A stretch of 64,000 bases of DNA from Caecitellus pseudoparvulus (lineage: Eukaryota; Protista; Bigyra: Bicosoecida), in assembly GCA_965644315.1 (NCBI GenBank), contig CBFFRQ010000081.1, forward strand, positions 248,001 through 312,000. The letters run 5' to 3'. Of the stretch, positions 33,399 to 43,980 are shown in pieces (position 1 is the stretch's first letter; each line of letters begins with the position of its first letter). Below the pieces are notes generated by a model. It saw nothing but the letters and a program-made list of their open reading frames with translations. It was not told the DNA's origin and did not search any database. The translations under genes were made by a program, and so were the position numbers.

Positions 33399-35546
33399 AT
33401 GGCGTGGGCGCGTGCAATTTCCGCACCACGCCGCTTCGTGCGTCACTTTGCCAATGCCGCCGCCATCCCCGGCGCCGCCACTGCGTCAGGCACTGAGAGC
33501 TTTCTGGATTCGTTCCATGGCGTGGCCAGGGGCATGGTGGTGCGGCGGGGCTGGCACACGTCCCGCCTGGCTTTTGGCTGCCCGCAGGCTTGGGAGGATG
33601 GCACAGAACTGGCCAGCCGGGCCTGCAAAGCCGTCACCCACGGAGGCTGCAACATGCTGGAGGTGGACCTGGATGCGGTGTTGGGAGAGGGTAGGTCCAG
33701 GTGGGAGGCTGATGCGTTTCAGCGCCTCGTGCACCGCCTAGGCGTCCCCCGTGACGCGCTTGTGATCGTGGGCACGTTGTCAGTGCAGGGGGCGAAGGGG
33801 GGGGGTGCTGGCGACGCCTCTCCCCCAGACAGTGTGCACAGCTTGCCTGCTCGCATGGTCGAGGCGTTGCAGCGCCTGGGGTTGGAGCACTTGGACTTGC
33901 TGGTCCCGTCTGTGCCGGACTCTGTGCTGCGTTTCACGCCGACCGACATGCAGGGTCTGTTGACGGCCTGTGAGGGGCTGGCCAGGGCAGGGGCCATCGG
34001 CGGGTACGGCGTGGGGAGCAGTGCGTTCCTGGGGCTGGACGAGGTGGAACACTTGCAGGGCCAGCCCCTGCGCAGTCTGTTTCAAGTTGCAGAGGCGGTG
34101 GGCGGGGCGTCAGGGCACCACTTGACTGCCCTGCGGTACACCGCAAGTCCAGTGGCGGTGAATGCGTTAACGCCCCTGTACACGGATGCAGGGGGGTCTA
34201 AGTGGAGTTTGGCACAGTTGGCTGGCGCATATGGCATGACGCAGCTGGTCGCGGCGCCGTTGGATGTCGTCTGCGACGGCAAGTCAGTGGTCGCGGTGGA
34301 GTGCCCGCGTCGGTCGCTGCGACCTGGCCTTGAGCGCCACCGCCAGCTGTTCGAAGCCTGCCGCACTGTCGTGGACATGGAGGAGCAATGGGAGCATCGT
34401 TTCAAGCCCCTGGTGGTGGCGGAGCTGGAGGAGAAGGCTCGGCAGGTCGCACGTGCCGACCAAAGCGACGACACCAGCGACCCGCCCCCGCCCGCCGCTG
34501 GCCTGGCACATGGGGCCAGCATCAGCGCCCTCATCGCATCCCAAGCTCCCCAGGGCCAGTTCGGCAGCCTGCGTGGCCCAGGGTCTGCGACCTCCTCTGA
34601 AAGCGGCACGTTGCATGGCGGGCAAGTGCGCGAGACCGCCCAGGAGAAGCTGGCTGCTCTGCGCGCTCTGAGCCCCCGCGACCAGGCTTGGGGCACTGCA
34701 CTGTCTGCACGGGTGCGTTTCATGAATTCGCTAGCCAGTCATGAGCAGGTGTGGGCTGAGCAGGTCGCACCTGCCGTGGAAACGCTGGTCGACATCGCTG
34801 CCTGCACGGATGCTGGTCGAGATTGGGCCAGGGTGTACCGTGTCATGGTGGAGCACTTGCGAGGCGCGTTGTATGACCGCGTCGCGACGACCCACGCCGA
34901 GGTATGCGACCGTGTGTCCAGCGCCGTGGATGCGACCGTGCCCGAGGTCGCAGACGACACCCCCCTGCACGCCAAGCTGCTGCGTCTGCTGTTGGCGGAG
35001 CAGCACACAGTGGGAGTGTTGGCCCACCCCGTCGCACATGGGCTGGAAGCACCAATGGTGGGCCCTGATGACGCCTCCCCTGCGGGACCTGGGCCCACCC
35101 CGGCCCTGTCAGCTGCAACCTTCACCGTTTCGCCAGCCGTCTCCGGTACTGCGTTGCAGACGCTGTCCAAACGCCTGCCAGCACTGCTGTTCCCTGAACC
35201 CCCCGATGCCGTGCGACCACAGGGTGTCGACCCTGCGACCCTCCCTCCTCCGCCAACTGGGTCGGCGTCAGGTGACGGCGGGCAGGGCTCGCAACGTGCG
35301 GAATTTGATGTGCCCACCGACGCACGCACTGCGTCACTGGTGGCGCCACTGGGGGGCGCTGGCGTGGCCCTTGCGGAGGGGGTGGCGCAACCCCCGCCCG
35401 AGTCACCTGCAGGACAGCGGCGCAACGCAGAAGCGGAGTCCATGGCAGCTCGCATGGCCCGGCTGCGTGCCAAGCTGCAAGCGCAGAAAAAGGAGGGGGT
35501 TGGAGGGGGGGGGTCACTCCCCGAGGGGCGCGGGGCCGGGCGGTGA
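33399..35546 (+). CDS. Aldo/keto reductase-fold protein, probably mitochondrial, catalytic residues degenerate
   Basis: Transit-like MAWARAISAPRRFVRHF; AKR-like motifs SRLAFG, GCNMLEV, LQRLGLEHLDLL, GAIGGYGVGS, GG..HHL. Confidence 0.65.
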   Translation: MAWARAISAPRRFVRHFANAAAIPGAATASGTESFLDSFHGVARGMVVRRGWHTSRLAFGCPQAWEDGTELASRACKAVTHGGCNMLEVDLDAVLGEGRSRWEADAFQRLVHRLGVPRDALVIVGTLSVQGAKGGGAGDASPPDSVHSLPARMVEALQRLGLEHLDLLVPSVPDSVLRFTPTDMQGLLTACEGLARAGAIGGYGVGSSAFLGLDEVEHLQGQPLRSLFQVAEAVGGASGHHLTALRYTASPVAVNALTPLYTDAGGSKWSLAQLAGAYGMTQLVAAPLDVVCDGKSVVAVECPRRSLRPGLERHRQLFEACRTVVDMEEQWEHRFKPLVVAELEEKARQVARADQSDDTSDPPPPAAGLAHGASISALIASQAPQGQFGSLRGPGSATSSESGTLHGGQVRETAQEKLAALRALSPRDQAWGTALSARVRFMNSLASHEQVWAEQVAPAVETLVDIAACTDAGRDWARVYRVMVEHLRGALYDRVATTHAEVCDRVSSAVDATVPEVADDTPLHAKLLRLLLAEQHTVGVLAHPVAHGLEAPMVGPDDASPAGPGPTPALSAATFTVSPAVSGTALQTLSKRLPALLFPEPPDAVRPQGVDPATLPPPPTGSASGDGGQGSQRAEFDVPTDARTASLVAPLGGAGVALAEGVAQPPPESPAGQRRNAEAESMAARMARLRAKLQAQKKEGVGGGGSLPEGRGAGR

Positions 35547-37481
35547 CAGCCCCAGCTCAGCGGCAGCCTCGGCAGCTGCGTCACGCATGGAGCGGCCGCG
35601 GGCGGGGGTGGTGGTGCCACCGTGACTCGCCGTCGCTGGGCGTGGCGCCTGGCGAGTCAGTCTGACTTGCCCCGTCTCCGGGTCCAGCTCTGTTCGCAGT
35701 CCCATGGACTTCAACTCCGGTGTCTGTTCCACGCCAGTTGCCTTGAGTTGCGAAATACGCTGCCGCGCGTCGGCGCTGACTTCGCAGGTGTTGCGCACCA
35801 CCATCAACGCCCACTCCCGCTGCATGGGCTGATGGTCGGACATTTTGCAGTGACTCAGCACGGACTCCAATGCACCTGCCTGAGCCAGCAATGCCTCAGC
35901 GCACTCCACACTGCCATAGCTGGCTGCAGCGAGCAGTTGCAGGAGACTCGACGCATAGCCTGGTGGAACGGGTGGGTTTGCAGCGGTTGCCGGTGTGGTG
36001 GGGGTGTCTGACCCTCGGGCACTGGCTGTCGCGTGCGGCCCCAACCACGCCACTTCACGTGCCAGCCACGTCAAGAGGACGGGGGGTGGGGTGTGCCTGG
36101 CGTGTTCTGCAGCTGCGAACACCTCAGCCAGAACACGCATGAGGGTGGCTGTGTGGCTGGCAGCGAGGACTGTGGCAGGGGACGGTGCAGGGGCGGCGCG
36201 TGGCAGGGGGGCGACGGGGGCGGCGGAGTCACCCACTGCCCCTGCTGCGTTTCCAGGCGTGCTCAGGTGGCGCAGCTGCCCCACAAGGAAGTGCAAGTCA
36301 CCTGGAGACAGGGGGTGCTGTGCACCTGCCGAAGCAAGAACAGCGTCCAGGACAGACAAGAACACGACATGGTCTGGGGATAGTTCGTGAGCCGTCGTTG
36401 CACTGCCACCAGCGCCCCCTGCTGCAGCAGTTGCACTTGCAGCGCCGCTGTCGGCAGTACTGCCGACTGCCTCCAGAGGCAGCGGCGGAGCAAGCGCAGC
36501 GTGGGCAGTGGCCACCAGTGCGTGGTCCAGCAGCCCTTCAAACGCGAACACCAGCCAGTCGAATGCCGGGTGTTCCGAGGCGTGCGCTGGCTCTGCCTTC
36601 GTTCCGGTTGACCCGGCAGGCGGCAGTACGCTGGAACACAGCAGCCTCAGCACATCGGGCGCATTGGCCTGGGCAGTGAGGGAAATGGGGGCTGGCTGTG
36701 AGGAGGTGTGTGGCGCGTTGCACGGGGCATGCGAAACGCACCAGGGCAGTCAAGCGCGGCACGGGGCTGGGCGGCGCAGCGAGGCACTCAGCACGGAGCA
36801 GGGCAAAAGCAAAAGCCACGCAATTGCCTGCGAGGGCGTCGTCCTGGCGCATGGCCGCCGTCGTGAGCACGGCACGAAACGCATCAGACATGCCCGCTGC
36901 CCACAGCGCGTCTGCCGCCTCCCCCTCGCAGCCCCCCGCCGACAGCAGGTTGCACAGTGCTTGCAGGGCGACACGGATGTACAGTGAGACACAGGCGTCC
37001 CAAGCATCGCCCCCGCCTTGCAGCAGGCGTGGTGAGGCGGCTGAACGCAGCAGCAGCAACGACGCTGGGTGCGAGATGGCTGCTGCGGCGGCGTCTGGCT
37101 CGCCCGGTGCTGCGTTTCTGAGGAAACGGCAGCAAGATGTCATAAACTCCAGCATGGGCTGGTCCGAGACGCCCGTCGCCAGGGGCTGTGCGTGCCCCTG
37201 GGCTTCCAACAGCTCCGTTCCGTTCGGCAGGAAGCGAGGCAGGCTCTGGTGCAGCCAGTCCAACACCGTGGCCACGTCACCAGCCTCTACACTGGCACAG
37301 CTGCAAAGGGAAAGTCAAACGCTTGCTTGTTGGGGTGTGTAGTGTGATGCACGTGCGCGGGGGCGTACCGTGTGGCGTCATCACGGACGGATTTGGCGGC
37401 GGCTTCCAGTGCGGAAATTGCTTCGGCCGCGCTTGCATTGTCGCGCAGCTCCAGCGGCGTCAGCGCACCGAGGCAGCTCAT
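35514..37481 (-). CDS. ATXN10: Ataxin-10-like armadillo protein
   Basis: Three exons. CCRFLRNA and QALCNL, plus the C-terminal Atx10 signature VLSHCKMSDHQPMQREWALMVVRNTCE...ELKSMGL. Confidence 0.85.
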
Positions 37482-37598
37482 GGTGTGCTGCTGCATTAAG
37501 AAGAGGACAAATAAATGGTGGTCTGCTGCCCAGTGGAGGTTCGGAGGAGTTTGCTGGGAGGGCACGTTGGTCGGATGGCGCCGCCACCCCCCCCCCTT

Positions 37599-40500
37599 TC
37601 ACCACGCTCGAGCATGTTGACGAGTCCCCCCGCCCTTCTGTGTTACAGAGCCTGGCCTGGCCCCAACACCCGGCAGCGCAGGAAGGCGCGTGGGCCCAGA
37701 AGCCGAAGCAGGCTTCGCTTGCGCGGGTGAGGTGACAGGTGACACAGACCGCACGCCTGTACCAGGCGCGGCTCGACGGGAGCCGTCTAGGGGGGAGGGG
37801 GGTACCTGTTGCGGAGGGGGGGGGGTCCCCCCCGCCAGCCAGGCAGGGGGCACGGCACCTGGGCCGCGACCCCCCCCTCGGCCATTGCGACGTGCCGCCC
37901 GGTGTCGCATGACCTGTGAGTGGGAGGTGGGCGCTGCCCAGGTCTGACCCACCCCCGCACCCCCCCCCCGGCGCTGGGAGGCGACCCCCCCCCCTCCTGC
38001 CCGGGCAGCTGACCGCTGTCCAGCACTGGCTCCTGGCCCTTGGGCACTGGAGCCGACGCCTCGGCGCGTGCGACCTGCCACACCCCGCCGACTGGTCGCG
38101 CCTGCGACCCGCACCGGGCGTCGACTGGCCGCAGGCAGGGGTGTGCCAGCCGCCCAGGCTGAGTTGACGGCTGCTTGGCGTGCCTCTGCAGCTGCGAGCT
38201 TGGCTTTGAGGTGGCCGAGGTCGGCGGCTTGGCGCGGTCGGCTGCTGCGACCTGCTGCGCGCGACGCGGGCGTCCCGGCCCGCGACGAGCCGACGCTGGT
38301 GACTTCCCAGGGGTCGTGGTCGCGAGGGCTGCCGAGGCCGCTGCGAGGGGTGGTGCTGGGGGGGGGCAGGGGGTGTGTGGTGCTGTCTCGAGATGGGGGG
38401 GGGGCTCCACCCCCCCTCACGGCGTTGCCCGCGACGCTCGTCGCGCTGCCCCCCTCCAGCAGGCGCTGCACAGCGGGGGGCATGTGGGGGGGGGACGGTG
38501 AGCGCCCACCCCCCCCCTCACCCCCCCGCCCACTGTACAGTTGCCGCCCAGCTGCTACCATGTCCATGAGGCGACCCCGCATGCGGGCAGAGGGGGGGCG
38601 CTGCCATTCGGGAGGGGGGGTCGGACCCCCCTCCCCCTCCTCCACTCCCCCTCGTGCAACGCCAGGCGACGCAGGTGCAGGGACGGGCTTGGCACTAGGC
38701 ATGTCCAGGGTGGGGAGGGGCTTAGGCGAGGGCTTGGCGGGGGGTGACTCGCGAGTCACTGGCGGTGCCGCCGGCTGCAGTGGGGGAGCCGGTGTCGGAA
38801 TCTCCGACAGGTCAGGGGCAGGCCCCAGAAACGCCCCCAAGTCCACCTCCTCGTACTGAAACTCATCGGGGTCGCTCCAACGGGCCCCCTCCAAGGCGCG
38901 GCGCATGCGGCGGCGCAGGTGCCAGCCCCGCACTGCTGCTTGCAAGCGTGTTGCGGCTCTGTGCAGCGTTTCGCGCCGGCGGCGCAGGGCAGGTGCCAGC
39001 TTGGGCAGGAGTCGATGCCGCGTAAAACGCCCTCGCATGGCGGCCTGCAGGCACACCAGGGCAGCCACGCCGCGGTGCAAGGCTGCTCGGCGGGCAGCTA
39101 TACGTATGCGGTGTGCTGCTGCTCGGCCTCTCCCCTGCGCACCCCGCCAAACACGCTGCACGTTGACAGCCGCTTGCTCCCGCAGCAAAGCGTGCCGCAG
39201 CACAACTGAGTGCACCCAGGCTGCGATGCGCTGCCCTGCGACTTGCCGTGCAGCTGCCGCTGTCTGCAGGCGCCACAGCTGACGCCGTGCCAGCGCAGCT
39301 CGCCAAGCGCACTGCAGCAGCACGGCCGCGTGCCGCTGCCGGCGAGCTGCACGTGCGGCAGCGGCAGCAGCTGCCGCTGCCGCCTCTGCTTCTTTCGCAG
39401 CTGCGAATTCAGCTGCCAAGTCTGCTGCTGCCGCTGCCGCTGCTTTCGCCGCCGCTTCCTCTGCTTCCTTGGCAACCTGCTGCGTTTGGCGGCGTTTTTG
39501 CTCGGCTGCAGCTTGCAGCGAGGCTTTTCGCTGCTGTTCTGCGCGCAAGCGCCGAGTGGCATCACGGGCACACTTGCCTGCCCACAGGCGCCGCACATGT
39601 GCCGCAAGTGCGGAGGCTGCTGCTCGGCGTTTCATATATGCGATCCTGCACAATGCACCACGCCAAGCGGCTTGCACGGCGGTTGCAGCCGCTGTGCGCT
39701 GCGCAGCGGCATTCTCCCGCTCAGCTTCTGCTTGTTTTTGCCGCAAGGCTGCCAGGCGGGCTTGGGTGTCTGCTCGCGGGGCGGCTTCAGCGGCGTGTGT
39801 CGAGTGATCAACATGCCACGAGCTTTCTCCGCTTCCTGCCACTGCCCCTGCACGGGGCGTTTCAGCACCGGCTGCAGCACCCGCAGGGAGCGGGGAATGC
39901 GAGGCAGGCTTTGCAGTCGACGAAGGTGCAAGCAGGGGGCGTGGGAGACTCGGTGGCGTCAGGCGGCGTGAGCGGTGAGCGGCTGCTGACACTGCTTGGG
40001 CCGCCGCTGCCGCTGCAGATTGCACCTGCTCCGCCGCGGCCTGTTGCGCAGCTGCGACTTGGGCCATCAAGCTCGCATGTTCTTCCCTAGCAGCTTCCAT
40101 GTTTGCGTCGATGGCAGACACGGCGCTCTTCAGTTGAACTAGCCGCCGCCGCGACAGCGCTGTAACGTGGGCGCCGTGTGTCGCTGGCGCATCAGCTGTA
40201 GTCACCTCGGGCTTTGTGCTGGCACTGCCGGCCCCCCGCCCATCCCGCGCACTGCCCGCCTCCACACGCCCACCTTTTGTATCCTCAGCACCATCTGGCC
40301 CCACCTTGGTCTCTGCCTCTGCGCTGCCGCGGCTGAGCAATTCAGCGTGGTGCGTTTGCATGACGCTGTCGCCTTGTGTGTTGACTTCCGCCCAGTCTGG
40401 TGCCGGCACTTCCCCAGCCTCGCCAGCTTGCTCAAACGCCCGCAGCACAGCCTTGGCAGAGGTCCAGGTTGTCGTGAACGCGCCGTCCACCTCTGGCTGT

Positions 40501-40946
40501 GGCTGCGCTGACACGACGCTGTGCACGAAGGTGGGAGCGCTCACCTCGGCGGCAAAGGCAGAGGCTGCGTCAGCGGCAGCGGCAGCGCCCGCGAGGATCT
40601 CAGCCCAGTCGCCCCCCAAGCTCGCCTCACTGCCCCCGTCGCTGTCCGAGTCGCTGGCGTGCTGCACAGTTGCCGTGCCCGTGAGAAATGTCGTGTCGTC
40701 GCGCTCCCCTCTGCCCAGCGCCTCGGCAAGAAAGGGCAGCTCCTTGAACACAGCGGCGGGCAGCGCAGCCGAAGGAGGAATAACGATGCCAAACTCCGTC
40801 TCGCTTCCATCGCTGGCGCCGTCCAGCGCCGCCAGGTCTGCTGCCAGAGCGGCTTCCTGTGCAGGGGGCAGGGCCGGTGAAACGCTGTTGGGGAGGGAGC
40901 AGTGAGGAGGGCGCCGCCAACACACCAGGTCTTCGTCTTCCTCCAT
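37599..40946 (-). CDS. Multi-IQ-motif (calmodulin-binding) coiled-coil protein with a disordered C-terminus
   Basis: IQ-like motifs VQAAWRG, LQCAWRA, VQRVWRG, LQAAMRG, LQAAVRG; probable in-frame intron after MEEDEDL. Confidence 0.8.
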   Translation of the reverse strand: MEEDEDLVCWRRPPHCSLPNSVSPALPPAQEAALAADLAALDGASDGSETEFGIVIPPSAALPAAVFKELPFLAEALGRGERDDTTFLTGTATVQHASDSDSDGGSEASLGGDWAEILAGAAAAADAASAFAAEVSAPTFVHSVVSAQPQPEVDGAFTTTWTSAKAVLRAFEQAGEAGEVPAPDWAEVNTQGDSVMQTHHAELLSRGSAEAETKVGPDGAEDTKGGRVEAGSARDGRGAGSASTKPEVTTADAPATHGAHVTALSRRRLVQLKSAVSAIDANMEAAREEHASLMAQVAAAQQAAAEQVQSAAAAAAQAVSAAAHRSRRLTPPSLPRPLLAPSSTAKPASHSPLPAGAAAGAETPRAGAVAGSGESSWHVDHSTHAAEAAPRADTQARLAALRQKQAEAERENAAAQRTAAATAVQAAWRGALCRIAYMKRRAAASALAAHVRRLWAGKCARDATRRLRAEQQRKASLQAAAEQKRRQTQQVAKEAEEAAAKAAAAAAADLAAEFAAAKEAEAAAAAAAAAARAARRQRHAAVLLQCAWRAALARRQLWRLQTAAAARQVAGQRIAAWVHSVVLRHALLREQAAVNVQRVWRGAQGRGRAAAHRIRIAARRAALHRGVAALVCLQAAMRGRFTRHRLLPKLAPALRRRRETLHRAATRLQAAVRGWHLRRRMRRALEGARWSDPDEFQYEEVDLGAFLGPAPDLSEIPTPAPPLQPAAPPVTRESPPAKPSPKPLPTLDMPSAKPVPAPASPGVARGGVEEGEGGPTPPPEWQRPPSARMRGRLMDMVAAGRQLYSGRGGEGGGGRSPSPPHMPPAVQRLLEGGSATSVAGNAVRGGGAPPPSRDSTTHPLPPPSTTPRSGLGSPRDHDPWEVTSVGSSRAGTPASRAAGRSSRPRQAADLGHLKAKLAAAEARQAAVNSAWAAGTPLPAASRRPVRVAGATSRRGVAGRTRRGVGSSAQGPGASAGQRSAARAGGGGVASQRRGGGAGVGQTWAAPTSHSQVMRHRAARRNGRGGGRGPGAVPPAWLAGGTPPPPQQVPPSPLDGSRRAAPGTGVRSVSPVTSPAQAKPASASGPTRLPALPGVGARPGSVTQKGGGTRQHARAW

Positions 40947-41318
40947 ACCGCAACAAGGTGCAGGTGAAACACAAGCTGCAGCCGTTTCAATGCCCCCTTC
41001 TACCCAGTACTTCCATGGAGAGCCGCCTTTTTGCGCGGCGTGTGTGGCGTTTCACGGTCTGGCGCAGGGCCGGCCTGCTGGGCCAACGGCAGATTCCAGG
41101 TAGCCGCAGGGAGAGTGCCAGCCCTTTCCTCACAGAATGCAGCACATGCCCAGCACCTTCATTCAGGTTGTGCTGCATTTTGCCCAGCGCGCCGACCTGC
41201 ACTATGACTTGCAGTGGCAGTGCTGGGATGCAGAGTTGAGAGCGTGCAGAGGAAAACGCAGCCAGTACACGCCCCTCACCGAGCGAAGAAGCTGCACCGT
41301 GGCGCAATATAAACAAGT

Positions 41319-43480
41319 CTAACTTTCGCCTCCTTCCCCTTCAGACCAGGGCGCCGCACCCCCCTTGCACGGCTCTGCAGTGTGCCCATCCACTGAGGCT
41401 GGCACACCCTGCGCCGAGCCTATGGCATCTGACAGCGTCACAGTGATGGTGCTGGGTGGCACGGCGAGGTAGGGTTTCGGCTGCTGCGTTGCATCCAAGT
41501 CACCGTGTGCGCCACGCGACACCACACCCCCCGCCTTGTGTTGGCCCACCCGTGGCAGGCGCAGCGTGGTGCCGGGGTCAGGCACGGATGAGAAGCCAGC
41601 GTGGGGGCGCTGCAAGGCGGCTGCAGGGCTGAAGACGTCCCCAGGGGGGGGTGCAGGGGAGGTGGGAGAGGCGGCAGGGGCAGGCAGGGGGGAGCATACC
41701 CCCCCCTCACCCCCCCCTGCGCTCAGAGTCGACGCCATGTTGAGGGGGGTCAGGTCCGACTTGGCGTCTGACGTGGCGCGTGAGAGGAAGGTCAGGGCTC
41801 CCACCCGGTCCGAGCCTGCGCCAGACAGGACCCGGGAGGGGACGTCGGAGCTGACGTCAGAGGGGCCCCTCGCCGCGGCCCACTGTGCAGACCCAATGCT
41901 GCGTGAGATGCTCGCAGGGCGCCAGGTGGGGTCCGCGAACCAGGGGTGCTCCAGCACCTGGGCCATGGTGCAGCGGTCAGCGGGGCGGAATTTGAGGCAG
42001 CGCTTGAGCAGGTCGGCGAGGGCAGGGGACATGGCCTTGGGCCAGCGCCAGGAGGGTCGGTAGGCCTCCAAATTCCGCGTCCACACGGCACTGTGAGGCG
42101 CACACAGCTCATCCTGCATCACGTGGCGCTGGGTGTCTCGGAGGAAGGCCTGGAAGCGGGGGTCGGCGACACAGGGCGCGCGGAACGGCTTGAGGCCTGT
42201 CGTGAGTGTGAACAGCATCATGCCGAAGCTCCACACGTCGGCGGCGAAGGCGTCATACCCAGCAGAGTGGATGGCGTCCCACTTGTACATGGAGGAGGGC
42301 CACACATCCTCGGCTTCTTCCGGGTTCAGTCGGAAGGCGATGAGGCGGCGGACTTCCGGGGCGCAGTAGAACTGCGAGCCACAGGCTGACTTGGCGACTT
42401 GCTCGGCGCTCTTGGCGACGAGGGACGACCCGAAGTCGCACACTTTGGCGACAAACCCATCTCGAATGCGCGCAGATGCGGCGGTGGCGACGGCAGGCGA
42501 TGGGTCCTGCCAGACCTGTGTCACCAGGCGCTTGAAGTATGTCTTGCTGGGCGGCGGCCGCCCAGGTTCAACTTCAAACGGCACCAGCAGCACGTTCTCG
42601 GGCTTGATGTCGCGGTGGGCGACGAGGTTGGAGTGGCAGAAACTGACACCTGCACAGCAGGGGGTGGGGTGCGTGTGGTGCGAGGGGCGGGTGCAGAGGG
42701 CGGAACTTGCAGCGTGCTGTGTCAGCTGGACGTCGCGGTGTGACCGGCACCACCCGCGGGACGCGCGGACCGCCTCGGCCGTGTCGAGGTGCACCACACC
42801 CTGCAGCACGGCACAGGCGCGGTGAGCGCCCTGAAACGCACCATGTGCCAGTTGCAGCATCCACTCTCGGACGTATGCCCCCTCCCCCATGCACCTTCGG
42901 CTGTGCATCCCAGCCACATCATGCATGTCTGCCGTGGCGAGCTCTTGAAAGACGTAGCAGGAGCCTGAGCGCCCCCTCAGCATGCCGTAGTGGTGCACAA
43001 CGTGCGGGTGGGCATTGTTCAGGCGTTTGAGCTGCATGGCAGGAGAGAGGCAGGCGGTGGGCGGGCTGTAGGCGCCTGCTCTGTCTGTACTGTCGCCTGT
43101 CCTGCGCAAGGCGATGCGTGCAGAACTCACCGCCTTGACCTCGCTCCGGATGGCGGCAGGGTGATTCCCCGCGATCATTTTCGCGGCCATGTGCACTCCT
43201 TCATCCTCAAACGTGACGACAGACCCCTGAGAGCCGTTCTGCACCGCTGCTGCGGCGTACAGCTTGGCTTCTGCACGAGGCGGCGGCGCGGGTTTTAGCG
43301 AGCCATGACAAGGCACGTCACGGGCACGCGCCGCTTGCGCAGTGCGCCACATCACGCACTCCAGCGCTGCAACTTGGCTGTGTGCTCAGAACCGCTCGAC
43401 CTCTCCCTGCTTCCGCTGTCCTCCCGCTCGGCACTGCCCTGATCAGGCGCCGCGGCGGCTGGCGCTGTGGCAGTGGCCAT
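41319..43480 (-). CDS. CAMK-like Ser/Thr kinase, paralog A
   Basis: AAKM, RSEV, HRDIKPEN, DFG, CGSQFYCAPE, DVWSFG; three introns. Confidence 0.88.
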
Positions 43481-43980
43481 GCCTGATGCGGCTTGGCGAG
43501 GCAGGGTGGCAAAGTGGCACGTCGACGCTGTGCACAACAAGGCACGAGAACTGCCCGCCAGCTGCCCACTGCGTCGGCAGGGAAGCTGGACAGTGCTATA
43601 TGCGATGGGTGTGCTGGGCAGTGTCCCTCGCCCCAGCGCACGTGAGCGTGAGGGCAGGCGGTGTGTATTGATGGGGTCAGTGACGTTCCGTCAAGGCGGG
43701 CCTTGGGAGGGGTGTCAAGGGGCCCTCCACGGCGCAGAAGGGGGGTGCAAGGTCACACCGTCGCCGCGACACTCACATTGTCAGCTGGCACTGCCAACCC
43801 AGCGTCAAACCTGCGCTGCACAGAGGAACGGCGGCAGGGTGCAGACTGCGATCAATTCCAAGCTCGTGCACGCCCCTGGTATTGCCCTGCGCCCCCCCTC
43901 ACGCCGGATACGCAGCCCTCTCACCGCCTCACCGCCAGCTGCTCGCGGCAAAGCGTGCAAACGCCAGGCCCACAGCGGCC

